Shown: piece after piece, positions 27,118 through 37,514 of the stretch
Position numbering within the stretch: the first letter of the stretch is position 1
Layout of the letters: every line of letters begins with the position of its first letter
Origin: an uncultured Gammaproteobacteria bacterium
Lineage (GTDB): Bacteria; Patescibacteriota; Microgenomatia; UBA10105; UBA927
Direction of reading: 5' to 3'
DNA: 64,000 nt
Assembly (NCBI GenBank): GCA_964448085.1
Contig: CAYUUX010000003.1
Location: forward strand, 5,865-69,864
Translations under genes and position numbers: made by a program
The notes under the pieces: generated by a model
Databases searched by the model: none
Seen by the model: only the letters and a program-made list of their open reading frames with translations
What the model was told of the DNA's origin: nothing

Positions 27118-28116
27118 TTCTGGATTCGCAGAAACTGTATTGAAAGGAACAGCGTTTCCTCTAAAATATGCATACGCTCCAATATACGATGCGTTGTCCG
27201 TGCACAGAGCAATGGGTGGGCAATGGAAAGGGATGCTCGATTGTTGAAATTTTTTCCGAAGGTGAAGATTTGACGCAACCCCTCCTCCGATGAGGATAGA
27301 CCGTGCTCCTTGCTGTTCTACGGCTTTCAATGTTTTTGCAACGAGTACGTCAACAATTGCGTCTTGCACCTCATAAGCTATTCGTTGAACGGTAGTTTCG
27401 GTATACCCCGGTAATTCCTTTTGCCTGGTTATTTCGCGCAAGATTGCCGTTTTTAAACCAGAGAATGAGAAATTTAATGTATCATCATGAAGGAGCGGTC
27501 TGGGCAGCGTGCTTTTGTGTTTTCCTTGGATTTTTGGATACAAATTCGCTGCCTCTTGTATAGCAAGACCTCCTCGTGACCCAAATCCGAGGAGTCGTGC
27601 TGCTTTATCAAACGCTTCACCGGCCGCATCGTCAATCGTACCCCCAAGCCACCGGAGTTCTTTTGTATTCTTCATGAGAAAAAGTTCAGTGTGTCCGCCG
27701 GATACAACAAGTCCGATTGCCGGGAAAAGAATCTCGGTTGTTTGCGAAGATGCAAGAAAATTTGCATAGAGATGCGCGAGAACATGGTTGACGGGTATGA
27801 GGGGTTTTTTTGTGACATAACTTATTGTTTTTGCCGTTTCAACACCAATAAGGAGTGATCCGATAAGTCCGGGACCTATCGTCACGGCAACCGCGTCAAT
27901 ATGTTTCCAATCTTGGTTTGCTGCTCGCAGCGCCTCGTTGATGACGGGAAGCATGCATTTAAGTTGCTCCCGTGACGCCACCTCGGGAACAATGCCACCA
28001 TATTTTTCATGCATGGCTGAAGAAGTGGCGACGATATTGCTTAGAATTGTTGTTCCGTTTTTAACCACGGATGCGGACGTTTCATCACAGCTTGATTCAA
28101 TTGCGAGAATTATCAT
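27094..28116 (-). CDS. tsaD: tRNA t6A threonylcarbamoyltransferase
   Basis: ILAIESSCDETS, GGIVPEVASR, HVLAH, SGGHT, DDAAGEAFDK, CTDNA; ATGA overlap with the MFS gene. Confidence 0.97.
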   Translation of the reverse strand: MIILAIESSCDETSASVVKNGTTILSNIVATSSAMHEKYGGIVPEVASREQLKCMLPVINEALRAANQDWKHIDAVAVTIGPGLIGSLLIGVETAKTISYVTKKPLIPVNHVLAHLYANFLASSQTTEILFPAIGLVVSGGHTELFLMKNTKELRWLGGTIDDAAGEAFDKAARLLGFGSRGGLAIQEAANLYPKIQGKHKSTLPRPLLHDDTLNFSFSGLKTAILREITRQKELPGYTETTVQRIAYEVQDAIVDVLVAKTLKAVEQQGARSILIGGGVASNLHLRKKFQQSSIPFHCPPIALCTDNASYIGAYAYFRGNAVPFNTVSANPELSVENIA

Positions 28117-29267
28117 GTATGTAGCCGTTTCTTTAATTGTAATAAGAATACAATCCTTGGGAGCATAAAGATCTGAGATAGTAAGAGTGCAGTTGCAGGA
28201 GAGGTCCAATCGGCCACCACTCCAAGAAGAATTGAAAATATTCCAAACGCTACGTTTCCCATAAAGGAGACGATGGAAGCAAGGGTCGCTCGTTCGTTTT
28301 CCGTAAACTCCTTTTGCATTAATGCGTTTGATGCAACACCTGTTACACCAAATAAAAACGACGTAGACGACATGATAATGGGGGATGCAATGGTCGGAAA
28401 AACGAGAGAGATACCATTGATAATACGGTTTATACAGGTGTCAAATAACATAAGATTTAAACCACCGAATTTTTTAATCAGTTTCCCTGCATACCAATAG
28501 CTTATCCCGCCTCCTGCAAATGAGAGAGCTTTTGAAATACCGATCGCCCATGTTGGCCAAAGTGTTGCTATAAATGCAGATTTAAATTGGAAACCGGATT
28601 CGCCAACTCCAAATCCGATAATTTCGTCAATGCTGAGGAGTCTAAGGGTTTTGTTACGCCATATGTGTTTGATTGCATTTGAAAGATGCGAATAAATATT
28701 CGCCGTGGTCAATGATTGACTCTTTGGTTCTCGGACATAGAAAGAAAGAATGAAGCAGATAACTTGTGGAATAACAGAAAGCCACATGACCCATGCATAA
28801 GAAAAATAGGCGATAACGCTTCCTATGACAGTTCCAATCGTTAAAGCTGCTTGGAACATGGCGCTTACCTTCCCAAGGTAGTGATCATAGAGATCAGATT
28901 TTTTTAAATCGCGCAGTGAATCATGAAGTAGCGCATCATTATTGCCGCTATAAAATGCCCGTCCGACGCCTTCAAAAATGGCGCCAGCGGCAAGAAATCC
29001 GTATCCTCCACCGATTGCATAGCATGTTATGCTAACAACAGATGCGATCGCGCCTGCAGTTATGGTATTTTTCCTTCCAATTTTATCCGAAAGAATTCCT
29101 GTGGGAACCTCAAAAAAAGCGGAGGACACCATTGCTATGCTAAAAAGGCTCATTGCTAATGCATATGACCCGGTTATTTTTGCAAAATATAGAATGAGAA
29201 TTGCACTATAAAAATTAAAATCCGTAAAGAAATTAAATAGCGCTAAAACCCTGATATTACGCTCCAT
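28113..29267 (-). CDS. MFS transporter
   Basis: EVPTGILSDKIGRK motif A; about 12 TM helices. Confidence 0.92.
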   Translation of the reverse strand: MERNIRVLALFNFFTDFNFYSAILILYFAKITGSYALAMSLFSIAMVSSAFFEVPTGILSDKIGRKNTITAGAIASVVSITCYAIGGGYGFLAAGAIFEGVGRAFYSGNNDALLHDSLRDLKKSDLYDHYLGKVSAMFQAALTIGTVIGSVIAYFSYAWVMWLSVIPQVICFILSFYVREPKSQSLTTANIYSHLSNAIKHIWRNKTLRLLSIDEIIGFGVGESGFQFKSAFIATLWPTWAIGISKALSFAGGGISYWYAGKLIKKFGGLNLMLFDTCINRIINGISLVFPTIASPIIMSSTSFLFGVTGVASNALMQKEFTENERATLASIVSFMGNVAFGIFSILLGVVADWTSPATALLLSQIFMLPRIVFLLQLKKRLHT

Positions 29268-29278
29268 ATACGTATATT

Positions 29279-29704
29279 CTACTCGAGTTGAAGCAATTTC
29301 GCGAGAACGGACGTTGAGGGTGTTTCAACTTTTGGTATCACAATGGCTTTGGCACCAACGAGTTCAGTTTGCCGAAGTTTTTTTTCCAATATAGGATCAC
29401 CCTCTGTCAAAGCTATGTGCGTTGGTTGTATCCGTTGGACCATTGCGAAATAGTCAGCATCGTTGGTGAATGTGGGGAGCGATATAACCTCATCCACATA
29501 AATGAGAGACTCAAGCATTTTTTTTCGTTGTTCCTGTGTATGGAATGGTCTTCCTGGCCCTTTGAGTCGTTTGATTGTTTCATCGGATTCGAGCATAACA
29601 ACGAGTTTTCCTCCGTGTTGTTTAGCCTTTTCCAAAAAACTGATATGTCCGAAATGGAGTATGTCAAAACATCCACCGACAAGTATGAGAGGTGTTTTTT
29701 TCAT
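29279..29704 (-). CDS. Cytidylyl/adenylyltransferase (TagD/RfaE/RibL-like)
   Basis: GGCFDILHFGH (HxGH), KGPGRP, STS. Confidence 0.9.
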   Translation of the reverse strand: MKKTPLILVGGCFDILHFGHISFLEKAKQHGGKLVVMLESDETIKRLKGPGRPFHTQEQRKKMLESLIYVDEVISLPTFTNDADYFAMVQRIQPTHIALTEGDPILEKKLRQTELVGAKAIVIPKVETPSTSVLAKLLQLE

Positions 29705-31098
29705 TGTTTAACTCCTTTCAAAAAGACGGCTTGCCACGGTCGATAATTGGATGAGAATGTTTGTTCTGTTTGGACAACGCCGTTTTTCGTTACCCTATAA
29801 AGGAAGGATGCTTTTGCTCCCCAGGCGGCAAAATCGACCTGCCTGATTACGCCAACGGGAAGTGTTGGATCATCTTGGTATAACGGAGGAGGGGGTGCAA
29901 CAATGCCTCCTACAACATGATTCAGGATTTCCGCTTTTCTTCCATCAGGAGCGCCATAAAATTCGACAGTGAGTGTGAGATTGTCCGTATCGGTTTTTGT
30001 TTGAATAAGAATGTAGGAAGCGGTGTCGTTTATAAAACGTAAATCTTCCGTTGGATTAAAAACCGTTGCGTCTAGTCCGGCTTTTGATCCATCATCCTCA
30101 TAATAATGAACGCGATAGGAATGTTCGTGCCGTTCAGTGATGGGAAGACCCGCATTGAGTGCTGCCCGAAAGACAGTCGTCGAAACCTGACAGACTCCGC
30201 CTCCATCGCCCAAAACGGTTCTCCCGTCTTTTATGATATACGCAGATTGGTATCCCGTTGCGGCCGATATGTCCCCAACTGTTTTGTTAAAGGAAAAAGT
30301 GTCACCGGGGGCAATGAGAACACCGTTTAATTTCGACGCGGCAAGCGCAACATTGTGTATTCTACCCGGGATGGATCCGGGAAATTCAGAATATCCAATA
30401 CTGATGCGTTCTTTGATGCCAAATGAATTCGTCTGTTTTGTTGAAACAAGCGGTTCTATGGACAGGACGGGTATGGGAATGGTTATGTATCGCACATCGC
30501 GGGAAAGCGCCTCAATAAGTTTGTTGGAAATAAGCGTTCTCAAAGCGTCTTCATCAACGGATTTTCCCGTCTGGGATGGTTTAAATACTGCTACCTTACC
30601 GTTTGAAAATGAAAAAAGAGCATTTTGCACGGGTATATTAATTGAAGCAGAGAGGGAAGCTATGGTTGCATCAACTGCGTCTCTGTTCCACGTGTATGCA
30701 GGAGGAAGATTTGTAGGCTGCCGTCCATAGCGTTCACGGATATTACTTATAAAATGGGATGATCGTCCGATCAGTAATGCTTGCGTTGCTGACAAAGTCG
30801 CGTCATAGCCGATTCGTAATTCCGTTCCTGATACCGTTGCTGTTGTTGATTCGTATGTGAGTTCAATTTGGATATCGTTAAACGAGGTGTTTTTTTCCAT
30901 CCAATACGCCTTAATTTCTTCTTTGGTTTCGCCCCCAAATGGGATAGTATCAATGAAAACTTGCGGGTATGCCTTGTCCTTAAATGAAGATTCAAAATAC
31001 CATACAGCTCCGGCACTGGCGCCAATAAAGATGGTGATGCAAGAAAAAATGATCCATAAAACAGGGATATGCGCCGCCTTGTTGTTTTTATGAGCCAT
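29701..31098 (-). CDS. VanW family protein
   Basis: N-terminal TM; FSFNKTVG, GGGVCQVSTT, HSY, GLDATV, DLRFIN. Confidence 0.92.
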   Translation of the reverse strand: MAHKNNKAAHIPVLWIIFSCITIFIGASAGAVWYFESSFKDKAYPQVFIDTIPFGGETKEEIKAYWMEKNTSFNDIQIELTYESTTATVSGTELRIGYDATLSATQALLIGRSSHFISNIRERYGRQPTNLPPAYTWNRDAVDATIASLSASINIPVQNALFSFSNGKVAVFKPSQTGKSVDEDALRTLISNKLIEALSRDVRYITIPIPVLSIEPLVSTKQTNSFGIKERISIGYSEFPGSIPGRIHNVALAASKLNGVLIAPGDTFSFNKTVGDISAATGYQSAYIIKDGRTVLGDGGGVCQVSTTVFRAALNAGLPITERHEHSYRVHYYEDDGSKAGLDATVFNPTEDLRFINDTASYILIQTKTDTDNLTLTVEFYGAPDGRKAEILNHVVGGIVAPPPPLYQDDPTLPVGVIRQVDFAAWGAKASFLYRVTKNGVVQTEQTFSSNYRPWQAVFLKGVKQ

Positions 31099-31125
31099 GG
31101 TATGATTATTGTACAGGATTTTTTT

Positions 31126-32649
31126 ATGATTACGCCACCATCAAACCCGAATCCAAACGAAGGTATTACATTTGGACAATTACAGGATTTTTCTGGACAG
31201 GAAACCGTTGTTGTTCCCCCTACGCCCACACCAGAAGCAACAGCGCCTGTGGTAGAAGTATCGCCGGATATGCAAGTCCCTTTGCCAACGATACCTGAAA
31301 AGGAGCAAGGGGGACGGCGATCTAACCCGTGGCCAAAAAGGATTATCCTTTTTTTGTTATTGATCATTCTTATTATTGGTGGCCTATTTGGAGGAAGATA
31401 CATCATCGATATGATGAATGCGTCTAAAGAGGTCACAATATCCTATTGGGGCTTATGGGAAGATGAATCGATTATACAGCCAGTGATCGCAGCGTTTGAA
31501 GCAAAAAATCCTAAAATTAAGGTTCAATACAGCAAACAATCCCATAAACAGTATCGGGAACGGTTGCAAGCTGCTATATCCCGCGGGGAAGGTCCTGACG
31601 TATTTCGATTTCATAATACTTGGGTTCCGATGATGCGCAACGATTTATCGCTTGTTCCCGAAGGAGTGATGACGACGAACGAATTTGATAATATATTTTA
31701 TCCAGTTGCGTCAAATGATCTTGTTGCAGGAAACGCAATTTATGGGATTCCCGTTATGTTTGATGGTTTGGGACTGTATTACAACGAAGACCTGTTTGCG
31801 ACAGCGGGAATTACTGCGCCACCCTCAACATGGGAAGAATTGCTGACGATGGTACCGAAGATTGCTAAGCCAGACGGGGAAACCTTCACAATATCCGCCA
31901 TAGCATTGGGAACAACAGGCAACGTTGAACATTATTCCGACATTCTTTCAACCATGTTTATGCAAAACGGTATCGGAAACGGAATACCGCAAGGAACCAC
32001 TGCGCAAGAAGCGCTTATGTTTTATAGGAAATTCGCAACGCCGAATGATCCTGTATACACTTGGAATGACACCATGGATAATTCGATTTACGCATTTGCC
32101 ATAGGAAAAGTAGCCATGATCATGGCACCTTCTTGGAGAGCGTTCGATATTCAATCAATCAATCCGAATTTACGTTTTAAAATTGCACCAATTCCCCAAT
32201 TGCCCGGTTCTTCAGTCAATTGGGCTTCGTATTGGGTGGAAGGGGTATCCAGTCAGAGTAAATACCAGCAACAGGCATGGGAATTTGTGAAGTTTTTGAC
32301 CAGTAAAGAAGGGGCGACGCTTCTCTATAGCGAAGCACAACGATCCAGAAAACTTTTTGGAGAACCATATGCTCGAAAAGAGCTCGCTGCTATGCTGGAG
32401 GATGACCCGTATGTTGGTGCATATATAAAACAAGCGCCGACCGCACAATCATTTCCCTTGGCATCAAGAACGTTTGATAACGGACTCAATGATCGATTGA
32501 TCGTATATCTGCAAAATGCCGTGAATGCGATAAAAGACGGCTCTTCTCCGGAAAGCGAAATGGAAACAATGGTTGCCGGTTTTCAACAAGTGTTTTCAAC
32601 ATACGGATTGGTGTCAAACACTGCCCCAGCAGCCTCCGGACAACAATAA
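31126..32649 (+). CDS. Sugar-type ABC extracellular solute-binding protein, TM-anchored
   Basis: YWGLWE, GPDVF, YGIP, LYYNEDLF, PSTWEEL, AWEFVKFL. Confidence 0.9.
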   Translation: MITPPSNPNPNEGITFGQLQDFSGQETVVVPPTPTPEATAPVVEVSPDMQVPLPTIPEKEQGGRRSNPWPKRIILFLLLIILIIGGLFGGRYIIDMMNASKEVTISYWGLWEDESIIQPVIAAFEAKNPKIKVQYSKQSHKQYRERLQAAISRGEGPDVFRFHNTWVPMMRNDLSLVPEGVMTTNEFDNIFYPVASNDLVAGNAIYGIPVMFDGLGLYYNEDLFATAGITAPPSTWEELLTMVPKIAKPDGETFTISAIALGTTGNVEHYSDILSTMFMQNGIGNGIPQGTTAQEALMFYRKFATPNDPVYTWNDTMDNSIYAFAIGKVAMIMAPSWRAFDIQSINPNLRFKIAPIPQLPGSSVNWASYWVEGVSSQSKYQQQAWEFVKFLTSKEGATLLYSEAQRSRKLFGEPYARKELAAMLEDDPYVGAYIKQAPTAQSFPLASRTFDNGLNDRLIVYLQNAVNAIKDGSSPESEMETMVAGFQQVFSTYGLVSNTAPAASGQQ

Positions 32650-33554
32650 TGGCGTCCTTACAATCGATGGTTCTCTCCGCGATGCTTTATGCGGATATTT
32701 TTCATTATCCATTGACGTTTCGTGAAATTGTTTTTTGGGTTCCTTCAGCCAAGCGTATCCAAGCAAAGAGTATTACGAAAGTATTGTCGTATTTGGTGAA
32801 GTACAGAAAAATTCAGTATTATGCGCCATTTTTTGTCCTGCCGCGAAGGGTGTCGCTCATAGGGATTCGCGCAAGGCACTTGGAGGCAAGCAGGAAAAAA
32901 TGGACCAAAGCCTATACATTTGCGCGTTGGGTGCAATGGATACCGACGGTGATGCTTGTCGGCGTGACGGGTGGTGTTGCCATGAATAATGCAGACATTG
33001 ATGATGATATCGATATTTGTATTGTGGCAAGAAAAAAAACGGTGTGGATTACTCGGTTTTTCGTCACGCTGTTTGCGGAGTTGATGAATAATAGGAGAAG
33101 GCCAGATTCGACACATGTTAAAGATAAGATTTGTTTGAATATGTTTCTTTCAGAAACGTCCCTTGCTGTTCCAATGTCAGAGCGTGGTCTTTATGAGGCT
33201 CATGAAGTATTACAAATGGTTCCTTTGTGGGAGCGAAGTTCTACCTATAAGAAATTCGTATCTGCTAACACATGGGCAAGCTTGTGTTACCATAATGCAT
33301 TTTTTTCTCGAAATAAATTGAAGAGTAAACAGATACGAAGATTCAGAGGGGCAGAAAAAATATGTTCTTTGTTTGAGTCACCAGCAAGGGTATTACAGCT
33401 TTGGTATATGAATAAACGGAGAACGTCAGAAGTGGTTACGAAAGACAAAATACGTTTTCATCCGATTGACAGGCGAGCATTGATACATAATCAATATAGG
33501 AAGCTCCTTGGGTTAAGAAAAATTCCCCTTGACAAGAATCTTGCCCAAATCTAA
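32649..33554 (+). CDS. Pol-beta-fold nucleotidyltransferase domain protein
   Basis: YADIFHYPLT N-terminus; VTGGVA..NADIDDDIDI; KICLNMF; TAATG overlap with the upstream gene. Confidence 0.75.
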   Translation: MASLQSMVLSAMLYADIFHYPLTFREIVFWVPSAKRIQAKSITKVLSYLVKYRKIQYYAPFFVLPRRVSLIGIRARHLEASRKKWTKAYTFARWVQWIPTVMLVGVTGGVAMNNADIDDDIDICIVARKKTVWITRFFVTLFAELMNNRRRPDSTHVKDKICLNMFLSETSLAVPMSERGLYEAHEVLQMVPLWERSSTYKKFVSANTWASLCYHNAFFSRNKLKSKQIRRFRGAEKICSLFESPARVLQLWYMNKRRTSEVVTKDKIRFHPIDRRALIHNQYRKLLGLRKIPLDKNLAQI

Positions 33555-33582
33555 AATAGCAGTCACTCATAATGAGTGCCAA
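33529..33582 (+). promoter_or_regulatory. groESL promoter and CIRCE (HrcA operator)
   Basis: TTGACA(33529)-17 nt-TAAAAT(33552); ATAGCAGTC-N9-GAGTGCCAA (33556-33582) versus TTAGCACTC-N9-GAGTGCTAA. Confidence 0.88.
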
Positions 33583-33615
33583 AGAAAAGTTAGTAGAATT
33601 TTTTAAGGAGGATGT

Positions 33616-33906
33616 ATGACAAAGATAACGCCACTGTTTGATAATGTGTTAATCAAACCGCTTGAAGCAGAAGAGAAGCTCCCTTCAGGAATCGTTCTTC
33701 CTGACAATGCAAAAGAAAAACCACAAATGGGAGAGATTATGGCAGTTGGTCCTGGAGCAAAGGACGAAAAAGGGAACACCATTTCAATGGTCGTGAAACA
33801 GGGGGATAAGGTTATGTATAAGAAGTGGGGAGGAAACGAAGTGAAAGTCAACGGAGAAGAATGGATGATTGTTGAACAAAAAGATATATTAGCAGTTATT
33901 AAATAA
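33616..33906 (+). CDS. groES: Co-chaperonin GroES
   Basis: [22 protein letters not shown]; AAGGAGG RBS. Confidence 0.98.
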   Translation: MTKITPLFDNVLIKPLEAEEKLPSGIVLPDNAKEKPQMGEIMAVGPGAKDEKGNTISMVVKQGDKVMYKKWGGNEVKVNGEEWMIVEQKDILAVIK

Positions 33907-33926
33907 CCACTTTTAAAGGAGGACAT

Positions 33927-35570
33927 ATGGCAAAACAAATTACTTTTTCAGACGAAGCGAGAACAAAATTGGTAAACGGAGTCAACGTTCTTGCAAAAGC
34001 AGTTGTTACCACTTTGGGACCCAAAGGGCGAAATGTGGCCATTGATAGAAAATGGGGAGCTCCAAACGTTATTCACGACGGTGTAACGGTTGCAAAGGAA
34101 ATAGAATTACAGGATCCCTTTGAAAACATGGGGGCACAACTTGTAAAAGAAGCTGCCAGTAAAACAAATGATGTGGCAGGAGATGGAACAACGACAGCCA
34201 CGCTGTTGGCCCAATCGATAGTAAACGCCGGGTTCAAAAACGTAACCGCCGGAGCAAACCCAATGATTTTGAAAGTGGGTATGGAAAAAGGCGTTGAGAC
34301 GGTGGTTACAGAGATTAAAAAGATGGCAAAAACCGTCAAAGAAGCTGACGTAGCGAAAGTGGCAACGATTTCTGCACAGGATGAAAAAATTGGGGGATTG
34401 ATAGCAGAAGCATTGCAAAAAGTAGGGAAAGACGGCGTTGTAACAGTAGAAGAAGGAAAAGGGCTGACAATGGAAATCGAATACAAGGAAGGAATGGAGT
34501 TTGACAAGGGATATGCTTCACCGTATTTTGTGACAAACGCAGATAAAATGGAAGCAGAAATTTCCGATGCGTATCTTTTGATCACTGACAAGAAGATTTC
34601 AGCAATTTCCGATTTACTTCCGTTTTTGGAAAAATTTATCAAAGTATCCAAAAACCTCGTTATTATAGCTGATGAAATTGACGGTGAAGCGCTTGCGACG
34701 CTCGTTGTGAATAAAATGCGGGGCACATTTAATGTGCTGGCTATTAAAGCTCCCGGATTTGGCGACAGACGGAAAGCAATGCTTGAGGATATCGCAATAT
34801 TAACGGGCGGCACTGTTATTTCAGAAGACACAGGTCGGAAGATTGAGAATATTACAGTTGAAGATTGTGGACGCGCTGATAAAGTTTGGGCAGATAAAGA
34901 AAACTGCAGGATTATCGGCGGCAAAGGTCCGGCAACAGCCTTAAAAGCAAGGATTGCACAGATCCGTCGGGAAATTGACGATACAACGAGTGATTTTGAT
35001 CGAGAGAAATTACAAGAACGACTCGCAAAACTTTCTGGAGGAGTAGCTGTTATTAACGTAGGGGCTGCAACGGAGGTAGAGTTGAAAGATAAAAAAGAAC
35101 GGGTGAATGACGCTGTTTCCGCCACCAAAGCGGCTCTTGAGGAAGGTATTGTGGCAGGGGGAGGCGTTGCGCTTCTTCGTGCAAGGACAGCATTGTTAAA
35201 ACTGAAAGAAACGTTATCCGTTGAAGATGAGAAGACCGGTATAGACATTTTATACAAAGCATTAGGTGAACCGGTAAGATGGATTGCTAAAAACGCCGGC
35301 GCAGATGATGGGTGGGTGTTAAAGACCATTGAACAGTCAAAAGTGTCCGATTTTGGCTTCAACGCGATGACACTGGTTTTTGAACCAATGATTCAAGCGG
35401 GAATACTTGATCCAGCAAAGGTGACACGAAGCGCTGTACAAAATGCGGCAAGCATTGGCATGATGGTGTTAACGACAGAGGCATTAATAACTGATATTCC
35501 GGAAAAGAAAGATGCCGGAGCTGGAGCTATGCCGGGTGGCATGGGCGGCATGGGTGGAATGGACTATTAA
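33927..35570 (+). CDS. groEL: Chaperonin GroEL
   Basis: [27 protein letters not shown] tail. Confidence 0.99.
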   Translation: MAKQITFSDEARTKLVNGVNVLAKAVVTTLGPKGRNVAIDRKWGAPNVIHDGVTVAKEIELQDPFENMGAQLVKEAASKTNDVAGDGTTTATLLAQSIVNAGFKNVTAGANPMILKVGMEKGVETVVTEIKKMAKTVKEADVAKVATISAQDEKIGGLIAEALQKVGKDGVVTVEEGKGLTMEIEYKEGMEFDKGYASPYFVTNADKMEAEISDAYLLITDKKISAISDLLPFLEKFIKVSKNLVIIADEIDGEALATLVVNKMRGTFNVLAIKAPGFGDRRKAMLEDIAILTGGTVISEDTGRKIENITVEDCGRADKVWADKENCRIIGGKGPATALKARIAQIRREIDDTTSDFDREKLQERLAKLSGGVAVINVGAATEVELKDKKERVNDAVSATKAALEEGIVAGGGVALLRARTALLKLKETLSVEDEKTGIDILYKALGEPVRWIAKNAGADDGWVLKTIEQSKVSDFGFNAMTLVFEPMIQAGILDPAKVTRSAVQNAASIGMMVLTTEALITDIPEKKDAGAGAMPGGMGGMGGMDY

Positions 35571-35587
35571 CGGTAATAAAACAACAT

Positions 35588-35611
35588 AAGCCCCGGGAAA
35601 CCGGGGTTTTT
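35588..35611 (+). terminator. Intrinsic terminator after groEL
   Basis: AAGCCCCGG-GAAA-CCGGGG-TTTTT. Confidence 0.9.
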
Positions 35612-35655
35612 GTTGTAAAATGGGAGTTATGGTGATACGTTGACTGTGTGTTTGT

Positions 35656-36531
35656 ATGAAACAGTATTTTTTGACAGAAATCATCACAAAAGATCAAGTA
35701 GTCCATCAGGGTGTATACCACCATCCAGCAAAAAAATCTGATATCGCAATCCTTTGGATACATGGATTAGCAAGTACGTTCTACGGGAATATTCCTCTCC
35801 TGGATGCTTTTACAGCAGCATGCGACGAACATGGATATGGTTTTGCATCCTTTAATAACAGAGGGCATGATGTGGTAACCGGACCCAAGAAACTGGACGA
35901 AACAAGTGCAAAAGGGTATATCCGGATATCAGGGGGAGCAGGAAAGGAACATTTTGAAGATTGCGCTCAAGATATCGAAGCTGGCATTTCGTTTCTTGCA
36001 TCCCAGGGGTACAAGAAAATTATTCTTGCCGGTCACAGCACTGGAGCAAATAAAGCGTGTTATTATGCAGGAGCCACGAATGATGATCGCGTGGCGGGGG
36101 TTGTGCTTGCGGGTCCAATGAGCGACAGGCTTGGTACCTCCATACCAAAAATTTCCTATCTTTTGATGAAACTTTGTATCACTTTTGGTTTCGGAGATAC
36201 ACTTTTGAAACCAAAAGGGTCAGTTTTTTCTCTTACTCCAAAAAGATTCTTAAGCTTATTTCAAAAAGGCTCCACGGAAGACCTCTTTGATTATGGAGAC
36301 AAAAGGCCTCGATTAAAAGAATTTCAAAGAATACGCAAGCCGGTGATGGTGATCATAGGGGAGCGAGATGAGTATGCCGACAGGCCAGTTGGGGATATTC
36401 TAAAGGTATTTGATAGTCGCCATAGGGCGACTATCTACAAAAGCATCATTGTGCAGGGAGCCAACCATAGATTCGAAGGGGCAGAAAAAAAGTTTGTCGA
36501 AGAAGTGGCGCGTTGGATTCAATCGATATAG
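35656..36531 (+). CDS. Alpha/beta hydrolase (DUF1749-like)
   Basis: IHGL, GHSTG, GERDEY, GANH catalytic triad. Confidence 0.88.
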   Translation: MKQYFLTEIITKDQVVHQGVYHHPAKKSDIAILWIHGLASTFYGNIPLLDAFTAACDEHGYGFASFNNRGHDVVTGPKKLDETSAKGYIRISGGAGKEHFEDCAQDIEAGISFLASQGYKKIILAGHSTGANKACYYAGATNDDRVAGVVLAGPMSDRLGTSIPKISYLLMKLCITFGFGDTLLKPKGSVFSLTPKRFLSLFQKGSTEDLFDYGDKRPRLKEFQRIRKPVMVIIGERDEYADRPVGDILKVFDSRHRATIYKSIIVQGANHRFEGAEKKFVEEVARWIQSI

Positions 36532-36579
36532 ATTTTTTGGTTGATTGTAGTTTTGTCGTGTGCTAGTATCGTCTGTACC

Positions 36580-37503
36580 ATGAAGAAAAAGATTATTTTT
36601 CTGATCGGATTATTATTATTTGGCGCCATAATCATTGGCGGTATTAAATATTTATTGCAGCGTGCACCCAAGCAAGGAAACCTCAAAGTAGATAGTAATC
36701 CCGTGGCAAGCGTATTTTTGAACAATAAACATATCGGAAGAACACCTATAGATGCTACAGCCATGAAAGTTGATGCTGGTGAATATACGCTGAAAATCGT
36801 ACCGGAATCGGGAACCACGCAATTTGCAAGTTGGCAGGGGAATATTAAGATAGGAGCGAACTTACTGACGTATATCCGAAGCGACTTATCTGAATCAGAA
36901 CTCTCCAGCGCGGTTGATGTCGTGTGGTTGGAAAAAATTTCCGGGAAAAATGCAGAAATAGCTGTGACAACAACACCTGATAGTGCCATGGTATTGCTTG
37001 ATGATGTCACGAAGGGAATGACCCCGATTACTATTGAAAACGTAGTTCCTGGAAATCATACGATTACCGTATCTTCATCAGGATTTTTACAAAGAACATT
37101 AAAGGTACAATTAACGCCCGGATATCGATTGGTGGCTGCGGTAAAGCTTGCCTTATCCTCTTTTACCGAGGATCGTGTCGCTTCAGTAGCAGCAACCAGC
37201 GAGAAACCTGCTACAGCATCCGGAACCCCAAAAACGAGTCCTAAACCAAGTGCAACGGGAACCGCGAGCGTGGTTGACCCGGAAAAACCGTACGCTTTAA
37301 TAAAAGACACTCCGACAGGATATTTGAATGTACGTATGGCTCCTTCTAAGACCGCGACAAAAACAGCAGAGGTGAAACCCGGTGAGAAATATTCGTATGA
37401 AGATTCACAAAAAGATTCCGCTGGTACCGTTTGGTATGAAATTAAAAAAGATGAAGCTGTATTAGGTTGGGTTTCCGGACAGTATATTACCGTCGTTGAG
37501 TGA
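36580..37503 (+). CDS. PEGA-domain protein with C-terminal SH3b-like domain
   Basis: TM; VDSNPVASVFLN..IGRTP and second PEGA repeat GMTP; GYLNVR...WYEI...GWVSGQY. Confidence 0.85.
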   Translation: MKKKIIFLIGLLLFGAIIIGGIKYLLQRAPKQGNLKVDSNPVASVFLNNKHIGRTPIDATAMKVDAGEYTLKIVPESGTTQFASWQGNIKIGANLLTYIRSDLSESELSSAVDVVWLEKISGKNAEIAVTTTPDSAMVLLDDVTKGMTPITIENVVPGNHTITVSSSGFLQRTLKVQLTPGYRLVAAVKLALSSFTEDRVASVAATSEKPATASGTPKTSPKPSATGTASVVDPEKPYALIKDTPTGYLNVRMAPSKTATKTAEVKPGEKYSYEDSQKDSAGTVWYEIKKDEAVLGWVSGQYITVVE

Positions 37504-37514
37504 TTTCCCCATTT

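Noticed and set aside
29701-31098. Vancomycin resistance locus
   Set aside because: Only a VanW-domain gene is present; no vanHAX or vanRS
34073-35362. 429-aa ORF antisense to groEL
   Set aside because: Shadow ORF produced by codon bias of a conserved gene; no recognisable motifs
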